A stretch of DNA of 37,437 nt, taken from positions 1 through 37,437 of the forward strand of contig CAZZFH010000001.1 in assembly GCA_964653295.1 (NCBI GenBank), in the 5' to 3' direction. Numbering within the stretch: the stretch's first letter is position 1; the number at the start of each line of letters is the position of its first letter. Of the stretch, positions 1 through 7,959 are shown piece after piece. The notes below the pieces were generated by a model. The model saw nothing but the letters and a program-made list of their open reading frames with translations, made no database searches and had not been told where the DNA came from. The position numbers and the translations under genes were made by a program. This stretch comes from an uncultured Candidatus Bathyarchaeia archaeon. Its GTDB lineage: Archaea; Thermoproteota; Bathyarchaeia; TCS64.

Positions 1-410
1 GGTGGATAACAGTCCTCACCCATGAGAACCCTGCCCAAGGTGTTTGGGCTCAACCCATCAACATCCTTCTCCGGATCAATAGCATCCACAGCCTTCAACT
101 CATCCAAGCCCTCTGCTAATGGTAGCTGGACCATTATGCCATGGATCTTGGGGTCCTTGTTGAGTTTTTTAACAAGTGCAACGAGTTCTTCGTCTGTGGT
201 TTGTTCAAGGTGATGGAATTCACAGTACATCCCAATGGACTCTGCTCTTTTCTTCTTGAGCTTCACATACCGGGCGCTATACTGGTCATCACCAGTAAGA
301 ACCAAGGCTAAGCCGGGTGTTACCCCCTTCGCTGCGAGTTTTTCTACCTCGACGGCAAGCTCTTCCATTACCTTGCTGGTGGTCTCTTTTCCATCTAATA
401 CTATTGGCAT
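1..410 (-). CDS. folD: Bifunctional methylene-THF dehydrogenase / methenyl-THF cyclohydrolase FolD; N-terminal part only, because the gene runs off the window start
   Basis: Absent from the ORF track because it is open-ended. Hand translation of the minus strand from ATG 410-408 gives MPIVLDGKETTSKVMEELAVEVEKLAAKGVTPGLALVLTGDDQYSARYVKLKKKRAESIGMYCEFHHLEQTTDEELVALVKKLNKDPKIHGIMVQLPLAEGLDELKAVDAIDPEKDVDGLSPNTLGRV. These are typical FolD blocks (LVGDD-like, VQLPLP-like, DPxKDVDG). The ATG lies 1 nt after the fhs stop. Confidence 0.85.
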   Translation of the reverse strand, partial: MPIVLDGKETTSKVMEELAVEVEKLAAKGVTPGLALVLTGDDQYSARYVKLKKKRAESIGMYCEFHHLEQTTDEELVALVKKLNKDPKIHGIMVQLPLAEGLDELKAVDAIDPEKDVDGLSPNTLGRVLMGEDCYP

Positions 411-411
411 T

Positions 412-2109
412 CTAACTCAGTCCCTTGATTACCCCGTTCTCATCGATGTCCATATCATTTGCCGCTGGCTTGCTTGGGTGAGCAGGCATTGTCGAGATGT
501 CTCCACAATATGCAACGATGAATCTTACTCCAGTGCTGGGTTTGAGCCTTACAATGGGCAATACATAGCCTTCTGGGGGCATTCCCTGTATCTTGTCATT
601 ATCAGTTAAGCTCAGAGGGGTCTTTGCCATACAGATGGGCATCTTGTCGAAGCCCAGTTTCTCGATCTGACGTAGGTTGCTTCTTGCATCACTGTTTAGC
701 TCGATGTCAGCTACCTTGTACATCTGGGTTGCGATGATTCTGATCTTCTCCTCGACAGGCATATCTAGGTCGTATAGGAAGTGGAAGTCGCTGGGTTTCT
801 CTGCTTCTTCAAGAACTAGTTTGGCTAGTTCTGTTCCACCGGGACCGCCCTTGAGCACTGTATCGGTGAATGCTGCGGGTACTCCTTCTGCCTTTGCCCA
901 GTCGAGAACGACTTTGATCTCAGCATCATCATCAGAATAGAAGTGATTCATACAGACCACTGGTCTTAACCCGAATTTTCTGACGTTATCAACCTCGTTT
1001 GCGAGAATAGGAAGCCCTTCCTTCACCTTCTCAGGGTTTACCTCCTTCAAGTCTCTGTATTTGACGCCTGCATGACGCTTCAACGCCTTGATAGTAGCAA
1101 CCACCACAACGACGCTTGGTTTGAGTCCACCAGCCCTTGAGGCGATGTTCATGAACTTCTCCATACCAAGGTCTGCACCGAACCCAGGCTCCACAACAAC
1201 ATAATCAGTTAGCTTGAGAGCCGTCTTTATAGCCGCAAGGCTTGGGCAACCGTGAGCAATATTTGCAAATGGACCACCGTGGATGATGGCTGGGGTGTTT
1301 TCCAGTGTCTGAACAAGGTTGGGTTTAACAGCCTCCTTCATCAGTATAGCCATAGCACCAATGCCACCGATCTCCTTGGCTTTCACTGCACCGCCTTTGC
1401 TGTTGAATGCTACTGTGATCTCGCCCATACGCTCCTTACAGTCCATCAGGTCCTTACTGATGGCGTGGATAGCAGCGATCTCAGAAGCAGTAGTAATCTC
1501 GAACCCAGTCTCATAGGGGACACCACCATTCTTGTCCCCCAGACCAGCGACAACGTATCTCAGGGACCTAGACTCAATATCAAGAACCCTCTTCCACATA
1601 ATGTTCTTGATGTCAATGTCTAACGCGTTGCCTCTGAAGATATGATTCTCCATAAGACTCGTAAGCAGGTCATGGGCACAGGTGACTGCATGCAGGTCGC
1701 CTGTGAAGTGAATGTTGATGTCTTCCATTGGAAGAACCTGTGCGTATCCGCCGCCAGCGGCGCCGCCTTTTATCCCGAATACGGGTCCAAGGCTTGGCTG
1801 CCTGAGTACAACTATGTTTTTCTTGTTCAACTGACCCAGTGCCTGTGCTAGACCAACAGCCATGGTAGTCTTACCCTCACCAGTTTTGGTGGGAGTGACC
1901 GCCGTAACTACGATTAATTTTCCGTCAGGCTTGTCCTGTCGCTCCCTTAAAACATGGGGTTTGATCTTGGCCTTGTATTTTCCATATAATTCAATATCGT
2001 CCTCTGTGAGCCCAAGGCCCCCAGCGATCTCTTTGATAGGTTTGAGCTCTGCGCTCTGAGCTATCTCAATATCTGGTGGAATTGCCATATTTATTCCGTT
2101 AATAATCAT
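412..2109 (-). CDS. fhs: Formate--tetrahydrofolate ligase (formyl-THF synthetase)
   Basis: 565-aa ORF with an FTHFS-type P-loop (TPTKTGEGKTT) and full-length resemblance to Fhs (DIEIAQ...KPI N-terminus, GGPFANIAHG block). An alternative start at ATG 2088 (MAIPPDIEIAQ) is equally plausible. Confidence 0.93.
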   Translation of the reverse strand: MIINGINMAIPPDIEIAQSAELKPIKEIAGGLGLTEDDIELYGKYKAKIKPHVLRERQDKPDGKLIVVTAVTPTKTGEGKTTMAVGLAQALGQLNKKNIVVLRQPSLGPVFGIKGGAAGGGYAQVLPMEDINIHFTGDLHAVTCAHDLLTSLMENHIFRGNALDIDIKNIMWKRVLDIESRSLRYVVAGLGDKNGGVPYETGFEITTASEIAAIHAISKDLMDCKERMGEITVAFNSKGGAVKAKEIGGIGAMAILMKEAVKPNLVQTLENTPAIIHGGPFANIAHGCPSLAAIKTALKLTDYVVVEPGFGADLGMEKFMNIASRAGGLKPSVVVVVATIKALKRHAGVKYRDLKEVNPEKVKEGLPILANEVDNVRKFGLRPVVCMNHFYSDDDAEIKVVLDWAKAEGVPAAFTDTVLKGGPGGTELAKLVLEEAEKPSDFHFLYDLDMPVEEKIRIIATQMYKVADIELNSDARSNLRQIEKLGFDKMPICMAKTPLSLTDNDKIQGMPPEGYVLPIVRLKPSTGVRFIVAYCGDISTMPAHPSKPAANDMDIDENGVIKGLS

Positions 2110-2149
2110 TGGTCACGCATTAAAACTTGTTGAAAAAAATAAAAAAGGG

Positions 2150-3763
2150 TTATATTCCCTCATGGAGAACCTTGTACTCTTTATCGGGTCCAGGTTTTGT
2201 GAGACTCCACTCATAGCCACGTTGAGTAGTAACATACTCGGGCCAAGGCAGATCAATGGGTGGATAGAAATCCTTCGGCAGCAACGGAGCAACCCATTTA
2301 CTACCACCTATGCCTCCTCCAGTTCGTTCCTCAAACTCTTTCTGGGCCTGTGCCAGCTCAGATGGATTGGACAGGATATCGATGATGGCGGTACCAAGCG
2401 TCTTTGAGGCGGTGATGATCCCAGGGTCTATACAGGCTGAATAACCATTCAAAGCGAATCTAGCCCACATTGGTAGGGGTTGATCAGGGTTAGGGTTCCT
2501 GAGACTGGCGTTTGCGGTGTTGAGCCTCGTTGATGGGGCTGTCCACTGATAGTCGACATAGTCGTCACTGCCTTGAGTATTTACCCACGGGGGGAACTGG
2601 TACCTGATATCCTTATCAATATAGTCGATTGGCGATATCTTCTGGCATGCCTCAGTGAATGGATCATCCATGGGTTTAAAGCCCAAGTTCTCCTGTAGCT
2701 TGCGTCCAAACTCCTTGGCTTCCTCATTGAACACTGGTGGACCAACTAGTTGCAGGTTCCTGTAGATTATCTCTGATAGCTTCTTGTTGCTGAGCCCTAC
2801 CCTTGTTCTCGCGATGATTCGCTTGGTTACCCTAGTACCTGTGATCTGGGCTACTCCTTTGGCTGTGTTATCCAAGACATCTGATATCTGCTGCTGCATC
2901 TCAAGTATTGGAGCCCTGTGAGCGTATTGTATCTGGGCAATTCGTGGGGGTAGGTTATCGCTTGTGGCTTGTCCCCCCACCATTATGTACTCGTTGAGGG
3001 TCCAATACGCAGTATAGGGCAGCATCGCGTCCTCAACATACTTTGTTGCAGTATACATCAGACACACAGCGTCCAGTGCAGCTGGTATCCGCCCACCCGA
3101 GTGACCCAGCATCTTGAATGGGATATTCTTTGGCCTGAACCATTTCTCAGGGTTGACCGTCTCGAATGTATAGAGGGTGTTCCAGTAGCTGGCGGCGTTG
3201 ATCTCATATCGAACAGTATTGTACCCGGCTGGGTGATACGGCAACGAGGCGTTGAAGTCATCGAAGTAACCCTTTGCCGCATGCACAGGCTTTGAACCAC
3301 ATACCTTCTCGGCTGGCTCACCAAACAACTTCAAAGTTCCCTTCAAGCCATGCTTCTCCATAGCGTGTTTGGCTGCTAGGAACCCGAATAATGCACCAGT
3401 CCCTAATCCGCTATGTGGGTCAGTGTGCCCAGCTGCGTATGGATGTAGTTTATCGTCTCTAGGTTTCTTGTAGGGAACATTCGCCTGACTGGTCCCAGGA
3501 ACGGCGTCATACTCAGCGAATCCACCGATAACTGGTTTCCCATTGCCCCACACAGCGCAGAACGCTGTGGGCATCTCTCCGCTTCCCGCTTCCACTGTCC
3601 AGCCATCCTCACTGAGGAGCTTCACATAACCCGCAGCAGACTTGTACTCCCTGAACGCTGGTTCAGCGTAGTTCCATATCTCCATGTGGAAATCAGACAG
3701 CCACTCCCTGTTATCGTCAAGATAGTCTAGGGCGGTCTGCTTTTCCTTCTGAATCTTACTCAA
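2150..3763 (-). CDS. M20-family amidohydrolase, AbgB-like (p-aminobenzoyl-glutamate hydrolase subunit B family)
   Basis: 537-aa ORF. The N-terminal third (DFHMEIWNYAEPAFREYKSAAGYVKLLSEDGWTVE...MPTAFCAVWGNGKPVIGGFAEYDAVPGTSQ) parallels E. coli AbgB (IWDHPETRFEE...IPNAFIASFGQGKPVIALLGEYDALAGLSQ). TTG start preceded by GGTGA with a 6-nt spacer. Confidence 0.75.
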   Translation of the reverse strand: MSKIQKEKQTALDYLDDNREWLSDFHMEIWNYAEPAFREYKSAAGYVKLLSEDGWTVEAGSGEMPTAFCAVWGNGKPVIGGFAEYDAVPGTSQANVPYKKPRDDKLHPYAAGHTDPHSGLGTGALFGFLAAKHAMEKHGLKGTLKLFGEPAEKVCGSKPVHAAKGYFDDFNASLPYHPAGYNTVRYEINAASYWNTLYTFETVNPEKWFRPKNIPFKMLGHSGGRIPAALDAVCLMYTATKYVEDAMLPYTAYWTLNEYIMVGGQATSDNLPPRIAQIQYAHRAPILEMQQQISDVLDNTAKGVAQITGTRVTKRIIARTRVGLSNKKLSEIIYRNLQLVGPPVFNEEAKEFGRKLQENLGFKPMDDPFTEACQKISPIDYIDKDIRYQFPPWVNTQGSDDYVDYQWTAPSTRLNTANASLRNPNPDQPLPMWARFALNGYSACIDPGIITASKTLGTAIIDILSNPSELAQAQKEFEERTGGGIGGSKWVAPLLPKDFYPPIDLPWPEYVTTQRGYEWSLTKPGPDKEYKVLHEGI

Positions 3764-3863
3764 AAATAATCACCAATACCATATTGATCTAGGGTATATA
3801 CATTATTTACCAACACGTGTACCGAAAACTTATCTCTTCAGAGAGAGTCATAAACAGGCATAG

Positions 3864-4700
3864 GTGAAAGAATTGGTTACAGTTACTTTCGTAAAGATTG
3901 GTTTCATAGGTACAACTATAATAATCGAGGCTCTCCTCGATGAGCGAAGCGCAAGAACAGACCTCAAGATGAGGGTAGTCTCATGTGGGGTAAGCATGGA
4001 TGAGGCAGACGCAGAGGAAGTCAGCAAAATCGCGGCTGGCATCAAGTCTGATCTCTATGTGGTAATATCACCCAACGCTGCACTGGCTGGACCTAAAAAA
4101 GCCAGAGAGGTACTAAAAGAGACAGGAAAACCCATTATCGCCATCAGTGATGAGCCAAGCAGAAAAGCGATGAAACAACTCCCAGAGGAAGGGATAGGAT
4201 ACATAGTCATATATGGAGACCCCATGATTGGGGCAGTCACATCATTCCTCGACCCAGTGGAGATGGCTATATTTAATGGGGATGTCTTGAAGGTTCTCAG
4301 CGTGACAGGTGTATTCAGGCTGATTCATTCGGAGCTTGACAGGGTATTGGACGAGATAAAAGCTGGACAGAAACCCACGTTACCAGAGATCGTTATCACC
4401 AAGATGTTGGCTCTAGAACACAGTGACTTGCAGAATCCTTATGCATATGCAAAAGCCTTGGCTGCCTTTAATATGAGTCGAGACGTGGCAAGCCTAACCA
4501 CAGAAGGAGTATTCAAGACAGAGGACCGAACAGAAACCATACACAAGGTCACAGCAGCCCACGAACTAATCAGACAAGCAGCGAAGCTAGCTGATGAGGC
4601 TCGTGAGATAGAAAAAGCCAATGACACAGTCATGCGATACACCCACTTCAAGAAAGGCGATAGAAGAAGAAAGACCGAGCTTCACGGAAAACATGAGTAA
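3864..4700 (+). CDS. mtd: F420-dependent methylenetetrahydromethanopterin dehydrogenase
   Basis: 278-aa ORF collinear with Mtd as recalled (VKIGxIxxGNIG-like N-terminus, ISPNAA..GP.KARE, GYI.V..DPMIGA...FLDP.EMA.FN.DV.KVL, AREIEKANDTV). The start is GTG 3864, or more likely TTG 3873, which sits 5 nt after GGTGA. Confidence 0.88.
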   Translation: MKELVTVTFVKIGFIGTTIIIEALLDERSARTDLKMRVVSCGVSMDEADAEEVSKIAAGIKSDLYVVISPNAALAGPKKAREVLKETGKPIIAISDEPSRKAMKQLPEEGIGYIVIYGDPMIGAVTSFLDPVEMAIFNGDVLKVLSVTGVFRLIHSELDRVLDEIKAGQKPTLPEIVITKMLALEHSDLQNPYAYAKALAAFNMSRDVASLTTEGVFKTEDRTETIHKVTAAHELIRQAAKLADEAREIEKANDTVMRYTHFKKGDRRRKTELHGKHE

Positions 4701-4704
4701 TATG

Positions 4705-5214
4705 CTATCTGTGCCTTTCTCTTCCCCTTCTCACATTTACTGCCTGACCATTTTTGAAACGCATCATCTCTTCTGAGGTCAATACAGCCTTACCAACAGC
4801 CACTACCTCACCGCTGATATCGCGAACTATTATCTCATCATCTGGTCTAATCCCGGGTCCAGCCTCAACCACATGCTTGGCGAAGAGATTCTTACCCAGC
4901 ACGATGAACTCTAACACATCATCAATCACGACAACATAACCAGTGAATCCAGGCAAAGAATTCAATCTCTCCGCCCCAGCGATAGTGATGGTGAATAAGG
5001 CATCAGTCGGACGATAATTGGCTAGCAACACATCTTCCAAGAAAATATGTCTCGGACGACTCGTGTTTCGGCTATACTCTATATGTATGCCATCTGGAAA
5101 TAGTATCTCTCCTGCCCCGTATCCGAACTGGTAATCGGCTATTGCCCGAAGCCTCTGGAGGTCCTCGTTCATCAGCAAGCCTATGCGTTGATGATTTATA
5201 AGACGATGCCCCAT
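4705..5214 (-). CDS. Stand-alone PUA-domain RNA-binding protein
   Basis: 169-aa ORF. The C-terminal half (GIRPDDEIIVRDISGEVVAVGKAVLTSEEMMRFKNGQAVNVRRG) is a typical PUA pattern. The likely true start is ATG 5172 (MNEDLQRL). Confidence 0.7.
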   Translation of the reverse strand: MGHRLINHQRIGLLMNEDLQRLRAIADYQFGYGAGEILFPDGIHIEYSRNTSRPRHIFLEDVLLANYRPTDALFTITIAGAERLNSLPGFTGYVVVIDDVLEFIVLGKNLFAKHVVEAGPGIRPDDEIIVRDISGEVVAVGKAVLTSEEMMRFKNGQAVNVRRGRERHR

Positions 5215-5233
5215 TGGGATATGAGGCTTAAAG

Positions 5234-5737
5234 ATGCGTTGCGAGGTATGCGGACGAGAAATACATGGACCACCATACTACAGAGTTATCGAGGGCGGCA
5301 GACTTACGGTCTGCTCACAATGCTCAAAGTTCAGCGACCAAGAATGGGACCCCAAAAGACCCCAAGCAAGAAAGAGTCCAACACGCAGGAGATCAGCACA
5401 ACCACAGCCCAGACGGCGAAGCGACATCGAGACAGCAGAATCCCTAGAACTCGTAGAAGGTTATGGTATGATCATCAAGAAGGCGAGACAGAAAAAAGGA
5501 ATGTCAGTCGAGGATTTCGCTAAGAAGATAAGCGAGAAAGAGTCTGTGGTTAAGAAGCTTGAGAAAGAGAATATGAACCCACCCTTGAATCTGGTTAGGA
5601 AGGTCCAGCGAGAACTCAGCATCAATATTCTTGAGGAAGCTGAGACAGGAAGCGGAGCGGTCCTTACAAGACCAATGGGACCGAGAACGCTTGGAGACCT
5701 AATAAAAATCAAGGACTCCACCAAGAAAGAGGAATAA
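5234..5737 (+). CDS. mbf1: Archaeal multiprotein-bridging factor 1 (MBF1): N-terminal Zn-ribbon plus C-terminal HTH
   Basis: CEVCG...CSQC zinc ribbon, a basic linker, then a cro/C1-type HTH (IKKARQKKGMSVEDFAKKISEKESVVKKLE). Confidence 0.85.
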   Translation: MRCEVCGREIHGPPYYRVIEGGRLTVCSQCSKFSDQEWDPKRPQARKSPTRRRSAQPQPRRRSDIETAESLELVEGYGMIIKKARQKKGMSVEDFAKKISEKESVVKKLEKENMNPPLNLVRKVQRELSINILEEAETGSGAVLTRPMGPRTLGDLIKIKDSTKKEE

Positions 5738-5739
5738 TC

Positions 5740-6324
5740 ATACCATCTATCATTCTTTTAACTGGTACTCCTGGGACCGGCAAGACCACCGTAGCCAAGA
5801 TTTTATCCACTGAACTGGATGCGAGACACATTGAGTTATCAGTTTACGCAATGGAAAATGGGTTAATTCTGGAGAATGACGCTGAGAGGGATACACAGAT
5901 AGTTGATATGGATGCCCTTAGGGAATCACTTTTAGAGCTTACAAGCCACACAGAACAGACCATCATAGTCGATGGGCATTACAGCCATGAATTATTTGAT
6001 GTAGAACTGGTGAACCTCGTCATAGTTCTCAGGAAAGCCCCATGGGAGCTATATGATGTACTCCAGAACAGGCTGTACAGCTACGAGAAGGTCTGGGAAA
6101 ACCTAGAAGCAGAGATAATGGGAGTAATCTCAGATGAAGCACAAGAATATCCAAGGGAGAAACTACACGAGATAGATACAACGGGTAAATCTGCTGTAGA
6201 GGCTGCTGAGGATATCTTAGGGGTTATCAGAGGCGAAAAGCCTGCAAGCTTTGGTCCCATCGACTGGGTTACATACCCAGAGACCCTCAGAGTATTGGTG
6301 AACAGGACATGTACTTTATCATAA
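5740..6324 (+). CDS. Fap7/AK6-like adenylate kinase (ribosome-biogenesis NTPase); start assigned to non-canonical ATA 5740
   Basis: The ORF track starts at ATG 5851, but the same frame is open from 5644. It encodes (I)PSIILLTGTPGTGKTTVAKILSTELDARHIELSVYA upstream, which is the Walker A P-loop of this family. There is no ATG/GTG/TTG in frame between 5644 and 5850. ATA 5740 lies 2 nt after the mbf1 stop and about 7 nt after AGAGGA. Confidence 0.75.
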   Translation: MPSIILLTGTPGTGKTTVAKILSTELDARHIELSVYAMENGLILENDAERDTQIVDMDALRESLLELTSHTEQTIIVDGHYSHELFDVELVNLVIVLRKAPWELYDVLQNRLYSYEKVWENLEAEIMGVISDEAQEYPREKLHEIDTTGKSAVEAAEDILGVIRGEKPASFGPIDWVTYPETLRVLVNRTCTLS

Positions 6325-6533
6325 ACTGCCCGAGCTGTGGAAAAATTATTATGGCTAGCACAGCCAACCGCACAAAAACATGTCCTCATTGCGGCTCAAA
6401 AATACAGATATTCAACGCAAAGATATTAGCCAAGACTGAGTCAAGCCAAGATGCGTTGGAGATAATTCAACACCTAAAGCAACGGGAAAACACCGACCCT
6501 CATCCGGTAACTTTTAAAAAATTCAGGGCATAA
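6309..6533 (+). CDS. Small Zn-ribbon protein (DUF1922-like)
   Basis: 74-aa ORF with CPSCG...CPHCG. It overlaps the end of the kinase gene by 16 nt and sits in the MBF1/Fap7 neighbourhood. Confidence 0.6.
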   Translation: MYFIINCPSCGKIIMASTANRTKTCPHCGSKIQIFNAKILAKTESSQDALEIIQHLKQRENTDPHPVTFKKFRA

Positions 6534-6595
6534 GCACCTGAAAAGTTTCTGATTTTTATACTGGTACTGTATGATAGTAGGGCAGAGGAATAATA

Positions 6596-7018
6596 TTGGC
6601 GGCCGTAACAGGAAGAAAATTCTTTGAAGAACTTGGACAGCTTGTCGGAAAACCAGTAATAGTCGAGGACGCAGCTGGAAAGACCTATGAGGGAAACCTC
6701 CTCGGGTTTGATTCACAGAGTATGAGCGTCGCTATGGGTGACGTGAAAGGCTCACAAGGAACTCTATACCACAGGCTATTCATAACAGGCAATACAATCA
6801 CGAAAATCATGGCCACAGATACACCGTTCAATCTTGACGGACTCAAAGAGAGACTCGATAGAGTCTTCCCAAACATGGTTCAGTACTTCCCAGAGGCAGG
6901 GGTAATGGTTGTAATGAACAAGATCAGGGTCAACGAGACAGGTGTAATAGAGGGAACTGGACCCGCTGCAAGCAGGGTTCAGGACATCTATAATAGGTTC
7001 ATCCAAGAAACCTCATAA
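6596..7018 (+). CDS. Sm-like (LSm) domain protein with a C-terminal extension
   Basis: 140-aa ORF. The N-terminal LVGKPVIVEDAAGKTYEGNLLGFDSQSMSVAMGDV...LFITGNTITKI fits the Sm1/Sm2 fold pattern. TTG start follows AGAGGA with a 6-nt spacer. Confidence 0.6.
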   Translation: MAAVTGRKFFEELGQLVGKPVIVEDAAGKTYEGNLLGFDSQSMSVAMGDVKGSQGTLYHRLFITGNTITKIMATDTPFNLDGLKERLDRVFPNMVQYFPEAGVMVVMNKIRVNETGVIEGTGPAASRVQDIYNRFIQETS

Positions 7019-7060
7019 CCCTTTTTTCAATATATTAATGAAAATTTTTTAAAAATATAG

Positions 7061-7119
7061 AAAAAAAATGGTTTTCTTGGAGATTTTTTTTGGTAAAAAA
7101 AATGGTTTTTCCATTTTTT
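7061..7119. repeat. AT-rich intergenic motif repeats: AAAAAAAATGGTTTT twice, the second forming a perfect 9-bp hairpin
   Basis: AAAAAAAATGGTTTT occurs at 7061-7075 and 7095-7109. AAAAAATGG (7097-7105), TTTTT, CCATTTTTT (7111-7119) is an inverted repeat. AAAAAATGG recurs at 7189-7197, spanning the ATG of the next ORF. Confidence 0.6.
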
Positions 7120-7193
7120 CTTTACCCAAGACATATAAGCCTTGATTGGTATATATTAGTCGTAACACTTATTAATGGAGTATTTACCAAAAA

Positions 7194-7784
7194 ATGGAAA
7201 TTCAATATGAATCCGAGTGGATGAACCCCACAATAGAGCTTATGAAATGCCTAGGAATTATGGGAAAGCCAATAAGAAACGAGGAGATGGGCTCTATTGA
7301 CTATAAGATTGATAATGATAAGGAAAAAAAATTGATCCGTGCGATAGTGGATAAGAATAACCACGCTGCACCTGTTTATGTTGATGTAATTCGAGGGACA
7401 ATCGAAGAACTTGAAGAAAACAAGTATGATGAGGCAATAATTCTCTCAAAGAGGATAACCAACTCGGCGCATGATCTTGTAGCCAAGATAGAAAATCTGA
7501 GCATAATTACTCCCAACATGAAGAACAACTTCAATCTGATAGAAGTATTATCTGCAATACAGAAAAAAACCATAGATCTTTGCGAGATGAAATGTGGAAA
7601 AGCCCCAGAGACCAAAGAAGACTGTAAGGGCAAGACAGGAAGAAGCTACGAGTGCGATATTCGCAGGATAAGCGATGATGCTACATTCCATGCAACTATG
7701 AAATGGAAGAATGTGCTTTTAGAAGATTTCAACAACCTGTGTGAAGTAGAGAAAGAGATGAAAACCAACCTGGGGGTGAACTAA
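7194..7784 (+). CDS. Hypothetical protein; visibly low-GC, with a C-terminal Cys4 cluster
   Basis: 196-aa ORF. No family recognised. It contains CEMKCGKAPETKEDCKGKTGRSYEC (C-x3-C-x10-C-x8-C). Its last codons contain the GGGGGTGA SD for the downstream eS30 gene. Confidence 0.55.
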   Translation: MEIQYESEWMNPTIELMKCLGIMGKPIRNEEMGSIDYKIDNDKEKKLIRAIVDKNNHAAPVYVDVIRGTIEELEENKYDEAIILSKRITNSAHDLVAKIENLSIITPNMKNNFNLIEVLSAIQKKTIDLCEMKCGKAPETKEDCKGKTGRSYECDIRRISDDATFHATMKWKNVLLEDFNNLCEVEKEMKTNLGVN

Positions 7785-7785
7785 G

Positions 7786-7959
7786 ATACCCACACACGGC
7801 TCGCTTACCAAGGCAGGTAAGGTCAGGTCACAGACACCAAAAGTAGATCGGACAGTTGATCATTCTGGACCAGGACCTATGCGTAAAAATAAGAGGTTAT
7901 ACATCAAACGGATTGTAACTCAGAGCGATAAAAGATATAATGATAGAAGAAGAAGGTAG
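7786..7959 (+). CDS. rps30e: 30S ribosomal protein eS30; start assigned to non-canonical ATA 7786
   Basis: Absent from the ORF track. Hand translation gives (I/M)PTHGSLTKAGKVRSQTPKVDRTVDHSGPGPMRKNKRLYIKRIVTQSDKRYNDRRRR*. HGSLxxAGKVRxQTPKV is the eS30 signature. The frame opens only at 7780 (TGA at 7777-7779). The only in-frame ATG (7879) lies after the signature. Confidence 0.8.
   Translation: MPTHGSLTKAGKVRSQTPKVDRTVDHSGPGPMRKNKRLYIKRIVTQSDKRYNDRRRR

Noticed and set aside
22-2059. Multiple plus-strand ORFs (22-213, 235-609, 677-940, 1252-1623, 1319-1516, 1642-1851, 1862-2059) overlapping folD and fhs
   Set aside because: They are antisense shadow ORFs inside strongly supported minus-strand genes. 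Their products are low-complexity (S/L/P-rich) with no motifs. The same reasoning applies to the many short ORFs in the track that sit opposite or out of frame within the other called genes.
3808-3820. ACCAACACGT is shared between the mtd/M20 divergent promoter region (with an ACACGTGT palindrome at 3813-3820) and 28311-28320 upstream of the surface-protein gene; considered as a possible common operator
   Set aside because: There are only two occurrences of a 10-mer. The second copy lacks the palindrome. A chance match is plausible and cannot be tested without genome-wide motif statistics.
5851-6324. The ATG-initiated 157-aa version of the Fap7-like kinase, and likewise the 16768 start of GGR
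   Set aside because: These starts would delete the Walker A loop and the GxGxxG FAD motif. Both motifs are clearly encoded in frame just upstream, so the longer models with non-canonical starts are preferred.
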